Origin: Coriobacteriia bacterium | Lineage (GTDB): Bacteria > Actinomycetota > Coriobacteriia > Anaerosomatales > PHET01 | Direction: 5' to 3' | DNA: 48,336 nt | Assembly (NCBI GenBank): GCA_038202795.1 | Contig: JBBREQ010000003.1 | Location: forward strand, 1-48,336 | The notes under the pieces: model-generated | What the model was told of the DNA's origin: nothing | Databases searched by the model: none | Seen by the model: only the letters and a program-made list of their open reading frames with translations | Shown: one piece after another, positions 29,731-38,763 of the stretch | Layout: each line of letters starts with the position of its first letter | How positions within the stretch are numbered: the first letter of the stretch is position 1 | Made by a program: the position numbers and the translations under genes

Positions 29731-30294
29731 ATGACTTCATACCGAGTGGACGTGCGTCCGATCCTCGAGGAGGTCGGGGGCTCAATGACCGTTGAGGGCC
29801 TTCTGGAGCTGGCTGCACTCGTCGTTGGCGATGAGACGTTCACGCTTACGGAACCTGCATCCTTTTCTGCCGTCATCACCAATGCGGGCGGCGGCATCGT
29901 GGCCATTGGCACAGTGAGCGCCCCTGTGCGTGCCGGCTGCGCGCGTTGTCTGTGTGAGTTCGGCACGGTGATCGACGGTGAGCTCGAGGGGTTCTACGTT
30001 CAGCCAGATCAGGAACGCGGCGAAGAGGACGATACCGAAGAGGTCGACGCGCAAGGCGCCATCGATCTGGCGCCTGCGCTCATCGCCGCTCTGGTGGTCG
30101 AGGCTCCTTTCGCCCCCTTGCACGACGAAGAGTGCGTGGGGCTCTGCCCGGACTGTGGTATCGACCTGAACACCGAGTCCTGCGGGTGTTCTGACGCGCT
30201 GACATCGGACCATCCGTTTGCAGCGCTCAGGGGCGTTGTCGTGGCCGACGAGCCGGATGCGCGAGAGCCGTCCGACTCATCGGAAGATGCCTAG
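29731..30294 (+). CDS. yceD: YceD/DUF177 family metal-binding protein
   Basis: CARCL...C.GLCPDCGIDLN..CGC...HPFAAL; lies upstream of rpmF. Confidence 0.88.
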   Translation: MTSYRVDVRPILEEVGGSMTVEGLLELAALVVGDETFTLTEPASFSAVITNAGGGIVAIGTVSAPVRAGCARCLCEFGTVIDGELEGFYVQPDQERGEEDDTEEVDAQGAIDLAPALIAALVVEAPFAPLHDEECVGLCPDCGIDLNTESCGCSDALTSDHPFAALRGVVVADEPDAREPSDSSEDA

Positions 30295-30322
30295 ACGGGT
30301 TCTACCCACAGGCAATACGGCG

Positions 30323-30331
30323 TGCTATCAT
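30323..30331 (+). promoter_or_regulatory. Extended -10 promoter for rpmF-plsX
   Basis: TG-C-TATCAT in the yceD-rpmF gap. Confidence 0.5.
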
Positions 30332-30420
30332 TACCGCTCGTGTGAACACGCAGAGGCACTCGACGCGTCCTGATAGACGTTGACCAGGGTGCACGTGAAC
30401 GGAAGAGAGAAAGAACTCAC

Positions 30421-30597
30421 ATGGCTGTCCCGAAGCGCAAGAAAGGCCGCATGAAGACAAACTCACGCCGTTCGAGCCACAAGCTCACGGCGGCAGGGGT
30501 GTCGGTGTGTCCTCAGTGCCACAAGACCAAGTTGCCTCACCGCGTATGTGGCGAATGTGGCTACTACAATGGCAAGGAGATCATCGAGACCGCGTAG
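30421..30597 (+). CDS. rpmF: 50S ribosomal protein L32 (zinc-binding type; 58 aa, absent from the ORF track)
   Basis: Manual translation: MAVPKRKKGRMKTNSRRSSHKLTAAGVSVCPQCHKTKLPHRVCGECGYYNGKEIIETA*. Confidence 0.96.
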   Translation: MAVPKRKKGRMKTNSRRSSHKLTAAGVSVCPQCHKTKLPHRVCGECGYYNGKEIIETA

Positions 30598-30645
30598 GTC
30601 TCGGTTGATTGTGCTGAACCTCAGACGTAAGGGAGCCCACGGACC

Positions 30646-31644
30646 ATGTCCGCAAGCCACCCGGTGACCATCGCCGTCGACTCAGTCGGCGGCGATTTCG
30701 CGCCACAAGCTATTCTCGAGGGCGTAGAGATGGCCCTTGCTCGCGATGAGGGAATCTTTGTGTCGCTGACAGGACCCGCCCAGGTAGTGCAGCCCTTCGC
30801 CGCCGCCCATCCCGGGCGTGTGACGGCTGTGCCGACTACCGAGGTCATCGAGATGGATGAACATCCTGCGACCGCAGTCCGATCGAAGAAAGACTCGTCG
30901 ATCGTCGTCGGGTGTCGGCTCGTGCGCGACGGTGGAGCAGACGCGTTCTTCTCGGCAGGTTCCACGGGCGCTGCGATGGCAGCTGCGACTCTGGTGATGG
31001 GGCGGATCAATGGTGTCGGTCGACCTGCCATCGCCGCAGTGCTTCCCACCGCAGGCGAACCCACTGTGATGCTTGACGTGGGCGCCAATGCCGACTGCAA
31101 GCCCGAGAATCTGCTGCAGTTCGCGCATATGGGTGCTGCCTATGCTGCAACGGTGCTCCATAAGACCGAGCCGCGTGTTGCGCTTCTCAACATCGGCGAG
31201 GAACCTTCGAAGGGATCCGTGCTCGCGCAAGAGTCCCATGCCTTGCTCACGGCACATGTCCCTGGGTTCATTGGCAATACCGAGGGTCGAGACGTGCTCT
31301 CAGGCGAGGCAGACGTCATCGTCACCGATGGGTTCACGGGCAACGTGGCGTTGAAGCTGTTGGAGGGGACGAGTCGCGTTCTCATGGGTCAGGTCAAAGG
31401 CGCTTTGACGTCTTCTGTTCCCAACAAGCTGGCAGCAGTCGTGGTCGCCCCCTCGCTGAGGCGGCTGGCTGCACGGCTCGATCCCGACCAGTACGGCGGT
31501 GCACCGCTGTTGGGTGTGAGCGGGGTGTGCATCATAGGACACGGTTCTTCGAGCGCGCTTGCGGTGTGTAACGCCTTGGGCGTTGCCGCATCTGCGGTTC
31601 GAGGCGGTTTGACCGAGCGAATCGCTCTCGCGGTTGCCGGCTGA
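30646..31644 (+). CDS. plsX: Phosphate acyltransferase
   Basis: IAVDSVGGDFAP, SAGSTGA, LDVGANAD, NIGEEPSKG and TDGFTGN. Confidence 0.96.
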   Translation: MSASHPVTIAVDSVGGDFAPQAILEGVEMALARDEGIFVSLTGPAQVVQPFAAAHPGRVTAVPTTEVIEMDEHPATAVRSKKDSSIVVGCRLVRDGGADAFFSAGSTGAAMAAATLVMGRINGVGRPAIAAVLPTAGEPTVMLDVGANADCKPENLLQFAHMGAAYAATVLHKTEPRVALLNIGEEPSKGSVLAQESHALLTAHVPGFIGNTEGRDVLSGEADVIVTDGFTGNVALKLLEGTSRVLMGQVKGALTSSVPNKLAAVVVAPSLRRLAARLDPDQYGGAPLLGVSGVCIIGHGSSSALAVCNALGVAASAVRGGLTERIALAVAG

Positions 31645-31740
31645 GGCACGTTGCTGCGTGGACTGTACTAGGACCTTGGCGTACACTTCCCCGACCACGC
31701 GCCGAGAGGGCGCACAGGCTGACAGGAGCGTTACTCACGC

Positions 31741-32745
31741 ATGACACGCCACGCTCAGATCATCGGAATAGGTTCGTATCTACCCGAGCAGGTCGTCACC
31801 AACGCTGACTTGGAGCGCATGGTGGACACCTCGGACGAGTGGATCTTCAGCCGCACCGGTATTCGTGAACGCCGCGTTGTTGCAGATGGTGAGAGCACGT
31901 CGGATCTTGCCCGGCGCGCGGCGGCCCTGGCCATCGAGCGTGCAGGGGTCTCTGCCGAAGAGATCGATCTTCTCGTGCTGGGCACGACGAGTCCCGATCA
32001 CGTGTTCCCCTCGACGGCGTGTCTGACCCAGGCGAAGCTTGGTCTCACCTGCCCCGCAGTCGATGTGATGGCGGCGTGCACCAGTTTCATCTACGCGCTG
32101 CACTACGGTGCCGCCGCCATCGAATCGGGACGCGCCGAGACAGTTCTCATCGTGGGAGCAGAGGCGCTTACGCGCTTTGTCGACTTCACCGACCGGGGTA
32201 CGTGCGTCCTGTTCGGCGATGGTGCAGGTGCGGCGGTGCTGCGGGCTTCAACTGAGCCAGGCGTCAAGTCCGTGTTGCTGGGGGCCGACGGGACCGGTGC
32301 GGATCTGTTGTTGGCACCTGGCGGAGGGGCGGCCCAGCCACTCACGGCAGAATCCCTCGCGGCCGGTGATCAATACCTCAAGATGAGCGGCAACGAGGTC
32401 TTCAAGTTCGCGGTCCGCGTGATCCCGCGCGCGACGACGCAGGTATTGGAGTCCTCGGGTCACACCATCGACGATTTGACGTGGCTCATCCCGCATCAGG
32501 CGAACAAGCGGATCATCTCGACGGTTGAGGAGCGCCTCGGAATAGATGACTCACGAGTGTTCTGCAACCTCGATAGGGTTGGCAACACATCCTCGGCTTC
32601 GATTCCGATGGCTCTGGACGAGCTGTATACTGGCGGTCGTCTTGCGCCGGGCGATCTGATCGCGCTTGTCGGCTTTGGCGCTGGCCTCACGTGGGGTGCC
32701 GCCGTCGTCCGATGGTCGATGGCCGTACCGACCCAGAAGGAGTAG
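31741..32745 (+). CDS. fabH: Beta-ketoacyl-ACP synthase III
   Basis: DTSDEWI..RTGI, AACTSF, HQANKRI, GNTSSAS and GFGAGLTWG. Confidence 0.96.
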   Translation: MTRHAQIIGIGSYLPEQVVTNADLERMVDTSDEWIFSRTGIRERRVVADGESTSDLARRAAALAIERAGVSAEEIDLLVLGTTSPDHVFPSTACLTQAKLGLTCPAVDVMAACTSFIYALHYGAAAIESGRAETVLIVGAEALTRFVDFTDRGTCVLFGDGAGAAVLRASTEPGVKSVLLGADGTGADLLLAPGGGAAQPLTAESLAAGDQYLKMSGNEVFKFAVRVIPRATTQVLESSGHTIDDLTWLIPHQANKRIISTVEERLGIDDSRVFCNLDRVGNTSSASIPMALDELYTGGRLAPGDLIALVGFGAGLTWGAAVVRWSMAVPTQKE

Positions 32746-32751
32746 ACATCC

Positions 32752-33702
32752 ATGGCTTTGCACACCCGGCTTACCGAGGTGCTCGGCATACAACGACCCA
32801 TCATCCAAGGCGGCATGGCTTGGACCGCGACAGCTGAACTTGCTGCCGCCGTCAGCAACGCGGGCGGACTCGGCATCATCGGTGCGGGACACATGCCCAC
32901 TGACATCCTGCGCGACGAGATCCATCGAGCCAAGGAACTCACCGACAAGCCGTTTGGCGTGAACCTCATGCTGCTCACGCCTCACATCGACGAAATCGTC
33001 GCGATGGTGATCGACGAGAGGGTTGCCGTGGTGACCACCGGTGCGGGCAATCCCGGCAGGTACATGCCGGAGCTCAAGGCCGCCGGTATCAAGGTGCTTC
33101 CCATCGCCCCGAGCGTTGCACTGGCCAAACGGATGGAGTCGATCGGTGCGGACGCGATTATCGGCGAAGGAATGGAAGCCGGAGGTCATATCGGTGAGCT
33201 CACGACCATGGTGCTCATACCGCAGCTCGTCGACGCCGTGAGTATCCCGGTCGTTGCCGCTGGGGGAATCGCGGATGGCCGCGGCGTCGTCGCCGCGTTC
33301 GCGCTGGGTGCCGAGGGCGTGCAAGTGGGTACGCGGTTCATGTGCGCCGAGGAGTGCACCATCCACCCTGACGTCAAAGCCGAAGTAGTGAATGCCAAGG
33401 ACCGTGACACGGTGGTCACCGGTCGTTCGACCGGGCATCCGGTGCGTGTGCTCAAGAACAAGCTGGCGCGGCAGATCATGGCGCTCGATCGAGACAACAA
33501 GCCTGAAGAGATCGAGTCGCTCGGCGCAGGGAAGCTTGCACTTGCCATGCGCGAAGGTGACGTGGCGATGGGTTCGGTCATGGTCGGCCAAGCATGCGCA
33601 CTGGTCAGCAAGATACAGCCAGCCGCCGAGATCGTGTCGGAGATGATGGACGAAGCTGAGGCGGCGATGCGCACGATGGGCTCCCGCCCGAGCGAGGGCT
33701 GA
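32752..33702 (+). CDS. fabK: Enoyl-ACP reductase II (FMN)
   Basis: PIIQGGMAW, EGMEAGGHIG, GGIADGRG and TGHPVR.LKN. Confidence 0.93.
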   Translation: MALHTRLTEVLGIQRPIIQGGMAWTATAELAAAVSNAGGLGIIGAGHMPTDILRDEIHRAKELTDKPFGVNLMLLTPHIDEIVAMVIDERVAVVTTGAGNPGRYMPELKAAGIKVLPIAPSVALAKRMESIGADAIIGEGMEAGGHIGELTTMVLIPQLVDAVSIPVVAAGGIADGRGVVAAFALGAEGVQVGTRFMCAEECTIHPDVKAEVVNAKDRDTVVTGRSTGHPVRVLKNKLARQIMALDRDNKPEEIESLGAGKLALAMREGDVAMGSVMVGQACALVSKIQPAAEIVSEMMDEAEAAMRTMGSRPSEG

Positions 33703-33706
33703 GCAC

Positions 33707-34624
33707 ATGAGTACGCGCTGCGCACTCGTGTTTCCCGGGCAGGGCTCGCAGAGACTGGGCATGCTTAACGACGTGCCTCACAACGATGCGCTCCCGCGCC
33801 TCCTCGACGCCGCTGAGGCGCTCTCGGACCTTGAGTTGCGTGCGATCGTCACCCTGGGCCCTGAGTCCGAGTTGGCCGATACGCGTGTGGCTCAGCCGCT
33901 TCTGTTCCTCGCCGACTGGTCCTGGGCAGCCGCACTGATGAAGCGGGGTCTGGCTCCCTCTGCCGTCGCAGGTCACTCACTTGGGGAGTTGGCGGCACTT
34001 GCTGTGGCCGATGTCTTCTCGGTGGAGGCCGGGCTTGAACTCGTTGTGGAGCGCAGTAAGTTCATGGCGCTTGCGGCGATCTCGACTCCCGGGGCCATGG
34101 CCGCCGTGCTGGGGATGACCGCTGATCAAATCGGCGCCGTCATGGGGTCGCTTGAGGGTGTCTGGATCGCCAACGACAACGCGCCCGGGCAGATCGTGGT
34201 GTCGGGCACCGTAGAAGCTGTGGCATCGGCCTCCAGTGCTTTGCTCGAGGCGGGTGCGCGCAAGGTTGTGCCGCTCAAGGTTGCGGGAGCGTTTCACTCA
34301 CCGATGATGGAGCCCGCTCGCGCGGCGTTCGAGCACCTGCTTCGCGGGGCCGAGTTCTCGGACGCGACGCTGCCGATATACCAGAACGCCGATCCTACGG
34401 CCGAGCGCGATGGCGCGGCAATCCGAGAGCGGCTCGTCGATCAGATCACGTCGCCGGTGCGGTGGACCGAGACCATGCAGGCTCTTGCCGCGGATGGGCC
34501 CATCACACTTATCGAGACAGGTCCGGGTGCGGTACTTACGGGGTTGGCGCGTAGGGTCGAGGGCGTCACCGCATTGGCCGCTGAGTCGGTCGGAGTGGAT
34601 TCGGTTCTCCAGGAGGTGTCGTGA
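33707..34624 (+). CDS. fabD: Malonyl-CoA:ACP transacylase
   Basis: FPGQGSQ, GHSLGE, GAFHS and SPVRW. Confidence 0.96.
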   Translation: MSTRCALVFPGQGSQRLGMLNDVPHNDALPRLLDAAEALSDLELRAIVTLGPESELADTRVAQPLLFLADWSWAAALMKRGLAPSAVAGHSLGELAALAVADVFSVEAGLELVVERSKFMALAAISTPGAMAAVLGMTADQIGAVMGSLEGVWIANDNAPGQIVVSGTVEAVASASSALLEAGARKVVPLKVAGAFHSPMMEPARAAFEHLLRGAEFSDATLPIYQNADPTAERDGAAIRERLVDQITSPVRWTETMQALAADGPITLIETGPGAVLTGLARRVEGVTALAAESVGVDSVLQEVS

Positions 34625-35376
34625 TCGTGGTGGATTTGAGCAACAAGGTCGCCCTGGTGACGGGTGCTTCGCGTGGAATCGGCGCGGCGATCGCGCTGCG
34701 TCTGGCATCGTGCGGTGCCGCCGTGGCGGTCAACTACTCCGGATCGGAATCGGCGGCCGACGAAGTCGTCGCGAGAATCGTGGCTGCCGGTGGTCGCGCG
34801 GTCGCTCTGCAGGCCGATGTCTCAGATGCTGCGGCGTGCACGGCACTTGTGGAGGCCACCCTCGCCCATCTGGGCGGACTCGACATCCTCGTGAACAACG
34901 CGGGCATCACCCGGGATGGCCTGCTGGTCAGGATGAGTGATGAGGACTGGGGCGCTGTGATCGACACCAACCTCACGGGCGCGTTCTCGCTCACGCGCGC
35001 GGCTGGCAAGATCATGATGAAGCAGCGCTCCGGCGCCATGATCAACGTCACATCCGTTGTCGGGCTCGTCGGAAACGCCGGCCAGGTCAACTACGCTGCA
35101 GCCAAGGCCGGTGTCATCGGGCTCACCAAGTCCGTCGCTCGCGAGCTTGCCAGCCGAGGTGTGCGAGCCAACGCGGTTGCGCCCGGATTCATCGAGACCG
35201 ATATGACTGCTGCGCTTTCGGAGGCGGTCAGGGATACTACCCGTAAGCAGATTGCGCTCGGTCGCTTCGGCAGCCCTGATGACGTTGCGGCGACCGTCGC
35301 GTTTCTGGCCAGTGATGATGCCGCCTACATCACAGGACAGGTGTTGGCTGTCGACGGCGGCATGACATTCGTGTAG
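34621..35376 (+). CDS. fabG: 3-oxoacyl-ACP reductase
   Basis: TGASRGIG, NNAGITRD and YAAAKAG; exact GTG start uncertain (34621, 34627 or 34630). Confidence 0.96.
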   Translation: MIVVDLSNKVALVTGASRGIGAAIALRLASCGAAVAVNYSGSESAADEVVARIVAAGGRAVALQADVSDAAACTALVEATLAHLGGLDILVNNAGITRDGLLVRMSDEDWGAVIDTNLTGAFSLTRAAGKIMMKQRSGAMINVTSVVGLVGNAGQVNYAAAKAGVIGLTKSVARELASRGVRANAVAPGFIETDMTAALSEAVRDTTRKQIALGRFGSPDDVAATVAFLASDDAAYITGQVLAVDGGMTFV

Positions 35377-35430
35377 CTTGCCGGACGAAGGACCGCGGAA
35401 GTAGAGACCTTTTCGGAGGGAGGTGTGTTC

Positions 35431-35667
35431 ATGGAGCACGAAGAGATCATCGAGAAAGTCAAAGCAGTGATCGTCGAACAGCTCAACGTCGACGAGGCGG
35501 ATGTGACCGAAGAGGCCTCGTTCGTTGATGACCTCGGTGCCGACTCGCTCGACATCGTCGAGCTCGTCATGGCCCTCGAGGAGGAGTTTGGTATCTCGAT
35601 CCCCGACGAGCAGGCGGAAAGCATCAAGACGGTTGGGGATGCGATCGCGTTCATCGAGGCCAGCTAA
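35431..35667 (+). CDS. acpP: Acyl carrier protein
   Basis: [20 protein letters not shown]; RBS GGAGGT. Confidence 0.97.
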   Translation: MEHEEIIEKVKAVIVEQLNVDEADVTEEASFVDDLGADSLDIVELVMALEEEFGISIPDEQAESIKTVGDAIAFIEAS

Positions 35668-35747
35668 TCATCTTGTACCGTGATCGGACCCGGCCGCACA
35701 GTGCGTGCCGGGTCCGGGTGCACCCTCAAGAGGAGAGAAACGCTCAC

Positions 35748-36704
35748 GTGAAGATGCCTACGCTCACCATCGGCCCGCACACCGCGCGGCTCCCCATCAT
35801 TCAAGGCGGCATGGCAGTCAAGATCTCGCTTTCTCCGCTTGCGGCTGCGGTCGCTCAAGCGGGAGGTGTCGGCATCATCGCGGGCAGCGGGCTCAGCGTC
35901 GATGAGCTGCGTGCCGAGATTCGGGCGGCCAAGGCCGCGACCGACGGGATCGTGGGTGTCAACATCATGGTCGCCGTCCGGATGTTCAGCGATCTGGTAC
36001 ACGCGGCGCTCGAAGAGGGGATCGACCTGGTTATCGCCGGCGCAGGCTTCTCGCGCGATGTGTTCACGTGGTGCAGGGATGCGGGCGTCCCCATGGTTCC
36101 GATCGTGGGCAGCGCGCGTGTCGCCAAGCTCGCCGAGAAGTTCGGTGCTTCAGCTGTCGTGGTTGAGGGCTTTGAAGCGGGCGGCCATCTGGGGACCGAT
36201 CGTCTCATGCGCGACCTTCTGCCGGAGATTCTTGAAGCTGTGGACATCCCGGTCATCGGCGCCGGTGGAGTGCTCAACGGCGCGGACATCGATGCGGTAC
36301 TGCGCATGGGAGCCGCAGGCGTGCAGATGGGTACACGGTTCGCCGCCACAATCGAGTCATCGGCTCCGCTGGCGTTCAAGCAGATGTACGTCGACGCGAC
36401 CGAAGATGACGTCGTGATCATCAAGAGCCCCGTGGGGCTTCCTGGGCGCGCACTGCGTAACCCGTTCTGGGACCGCACGCAGCGCGCAGACTACCCTCCG
36501 ATCCCGAAGTGCATCGCGTGCCTGAAGGAGTGCCACAAGGAGTACTGCATCATGCACGAGCTCAACATGTCACAGGGCGGCGATGTCGAGCAGGGCCTCG
36601 TATTCGCGGGTTCTGCAGCTGCGCGGGTACAGGATGTGCCGACCGTCGCCGAACTCATGGAGCGTTTGGAACGCGAATGGTGTGAGGCGCAGGAGGTTGC
36701 CTAG
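35748..36704 (+). CDS. Nitronate-monooxygenase-family flavoprotein with C-terminal Cys cluster (FabX/UfaA-like)
   Basis: PIIQGGMAVKIS, EGFEAGGHLG, SPVGLPGRA and C-terminal CIACLKEC...YCI; paralog of fabK located between acpP and fabF. Confidence 0.75.
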   Translation: MKMPTLTIGPHTARLPIIQGGMAVKISLSPLAAAVAQAGGVGIIAGSGLSVDELRAEIRAAKAATDGIVGVNIMVAVRMFSDLVHAALEEGIDLVIAGAGFSRDVFTWCRDAGVPMVPIVGSARVAKLAEKFGASAVVVEGFEAGGHLGTDRLMRDLLPEILEAVDIPVIGAGGVLNGADIDAVLRMGAAGVQMGTRFAATIESSAPLAFKQMYVDATEDDVVIIKSPVGLPGRALRNPFWDRTQRADYPPIPKCIACLKECHKEYCIMHELNMSQGGDVEQGLVFAGSAAARVQDVPTVAELMERLEREWCEAQEVA

Positions 36705-37934
36705 ATGAGACGAGTCGCCGTAACCGGAATGGGCGTCGTGACCTGCACTGGCGTAGGAGTTGACGCCATGTGGGACTCGCTTGCGTCCGGACGCAGCGGT
36801 ATCGGACCGATTGAGCACTTCGATGTGTCAGATTACACCGTGCGCTTCGCGGGCTACGTTCGCGACTTCGATCCGAGTGCCGTTCTGAACTCAAAAGAGG
36901 CACGCCGCATGTCGCGCTTCCAGCAGTTCGCCGTTGTTGCTGCCGATGAGGCGCTTGCCGATGCAGGGCTTTCTGAGATCGACGAGGAACTTGCGCCGCG
37001 TGCGGGTGTCATCGTTGGTTCCGGTATCGGTGGCCTTGGCGCGATGGAGGAGCAGACAGCGATTCTGCTCGAGCGAGGTCCCGGCAGGGTCAGCCCGTTT
37101 GCAGTGCCCATGATGATCGTCGATCTCGCGGCGGGCCATATTTCGATCAGGCACAATCTCAAGGGGATCAACTACGCGCCGGTTTCTGCCTGTGCGACCG
37201 GGAACCACTCGATCGGCGAGGCCTTCGAGGCGATTCGGCGCGGCGACGCCGATGTTGTGGTGGCCGGTGGCTTTGACGCCGGGGTGACGCCCCTCGGTGT
37301 TGCGGGCTTCGCTGCTGCGAGGGCCTTGTCCACACGCAATGACGACCCGCAGGGTGCATCACGTCCGTGGAGTGCTTCCCGTGACGGGTTCGTGATCGCA
37401 GAGGGAGGCGCGGCGCTCGTGCTCGAGGAATGGGATCACGCTGTGGCACGCGGCGCGCGCATTCACGGTGAGGTTCTCGGCTACGGGGCGTCGGCGGATG
37501 CCTACCATGTTACAGCACCCGCGCCCGATGGCAGCGGTGCTGTGCGCGCGATGCACCGATCGCTCGAAAAAGCCGGCCTGGTGCCCGCAGACGTAGACTA
37601 CGTCAACGCACACGGAACCTCGACGCCGGTGGGTGACCTGGCCGAGACCAACGCCATCAAGCAGGTGTTCGGTTCGGACACGCCGCTTGTATCAAGCACC
37701 AAGTCGATGATGGGCCACATGCTGGGTGGTGCGGGGGCCGCTGAGGCGGTTGCCTGCATTCTCGCTATGCAACACGGGCTCATCCCGCCCACCATCAACC
37801 TCACCGATCCCGATCCCGAGTGCGACTTGGACTACGTGCCCAACGTGGCACGCATGACCGACGTGAAGGTCTGCATGAGCAACTCCTTCGGTTTCGGCGG
37901 CCATAACGCCACCTTGGTATTCGGACGGGCCTAG
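36705..37934 (+). CDS. fabF: Beta-ketoacyl-ACP synthase II
   Basis: RRVAVTGMG, SACATG, NAHGTST, KSMMGH and SNSFGFGGHN. Confidence 0.97.
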   Translation: MRRVAVTGMGVVTCTGVGVDAMWDSLASGRSGIGPIEHFDVSDYTVRFAGYVRDFDPSAVLNSKEARRMSRFQQFAVVAADEALADAGLSEIDEELAPRAGVIVGSGIGGLGAMEEQTAILLERGPGRVSPFAVPMMIVDLAAGHISIRHNLKGINYAPVSACATGNHSIGEAFEAIRRGDADVVVAGGFDAGVTPLGVAGFAAARALSTRNDDPQGASRPWSASRDGFVIAEGGAALVLEEWDHAVARGARIHGEVLGYGASADAYHVTAPAPDGSGAVRAMHRSLEKAGLVPADVDYVNAHGTSTPVGDLAETNAIKQVFGSDTPLVSSTKSMMGHMLGGAGAAEAVACILAMQHGLIPPTINLTDPDPECDLDYVPNVARMTDVKVCMSNSFGFGGHNATLVFGRA

Positions 37935-37942
37935 ACCGCATC

Positions 37943-38659
37943 GTGGTATCCCAAGACGACACAGAGGGGTCTGCCGCGCTCGATCTGCCCGAGCGGCTCG
38001 CGCGTGCCGAGAAGATCGTCGGGCATGACTTCGGAGACCGGCAGCTGCTGCGCGCCGCTCTGACCCACCCCTCAGCGGTCGAAGCCAAGGATCCCTCTCT
38101 GTTCTACGAGCGGCTCGAATTCCTGGGGGACTCCGTTGTGGGACTCTTCATTGCCGAGGAGGCTTATCGGCGCTACCCGGATCTGCCCGAAGGCGGGCTC
38201 ACACGAATCAAGGTCTCGGTCGTTGCCGGTACGGTGCTGGCCGCTGTGGCGCGTGAACTGGGCCTGGCTGACGTGCTCATCGTAGGTCGCAGCGAGACGG
38301 GTACTGGGCGCAGAGGGCTCACGTCGGCGCTGGAGAACACGTACGAGGCGCTCACAGCGGCGCTCTATCTCGATGCAGGCGCCGAGGCGGCACGTGCGTG
38401 GGTTCTGCGCACGCTTGGCCCGCTTATCAGTGAAGATGCGGCGGGCACGCCGGAGAATCCCAAGTCGCTGCTGCAGGAAACGCTTCAGGCGCGCGGTGAG
38501 TCCCCGACCTATCGCATCGAGGTGGAACAGGGGCCTCCTCACGACCGTGAGTTCACGGCTGTCGTCGAGGTCAACGGGAAGGTGCTGGGCCAGGGCGTGG
38601 GCCGCACCAAGAAGGAGGCCGAGGCTCAGGCCGCAGAGGCCGCTCTGGGGGCTCCGTAG
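37943..38659 (+). CDS. rnc: Ribonuclease III
   Basis: ERLEFLGDSV; dsRBD NPKSLLQE...GPPHDREF...KKEAEAQAA. Confidence 0.96.
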   Translation: MVSQDDTEGSAALDLPERLARAEKIVGHDFGDRQLLRAALTHPSAVEAKDPSLFYERLEFLGDSVVGLFIAEEAYRRYPDLPEGGLTRIKVSVVAGTVLAAVARELGLADVLIVGRSETGTGRRGLTSALENTYEALTAALYLDAGAEAARAWVLRTLGPLISEDAAGTPENPKSLLQETLQARGESPTYRIEVEQGPPHDREFTAVVEVNGKVLGQGVGRTKKEAEAQAAEAALGAP

Positions 38660-38763
38660 CCGCCTGACGGGACTCCATTTGGCGCGAATCCCTGTGCTAA
38701 ACTGTGCGGCGCTGCTCGGCTGCAGTCATTCCACGTTCGACCTGCGTCTTCCCTAGGGGGACC

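Noticed and set aside
31655-31700. Possible FapR/FabT-like operator upstream of fabH
   Set aside because: Only a TACACT -10-like hexamer is clear; there is no convincing palindrome and no regulator gene in the window.
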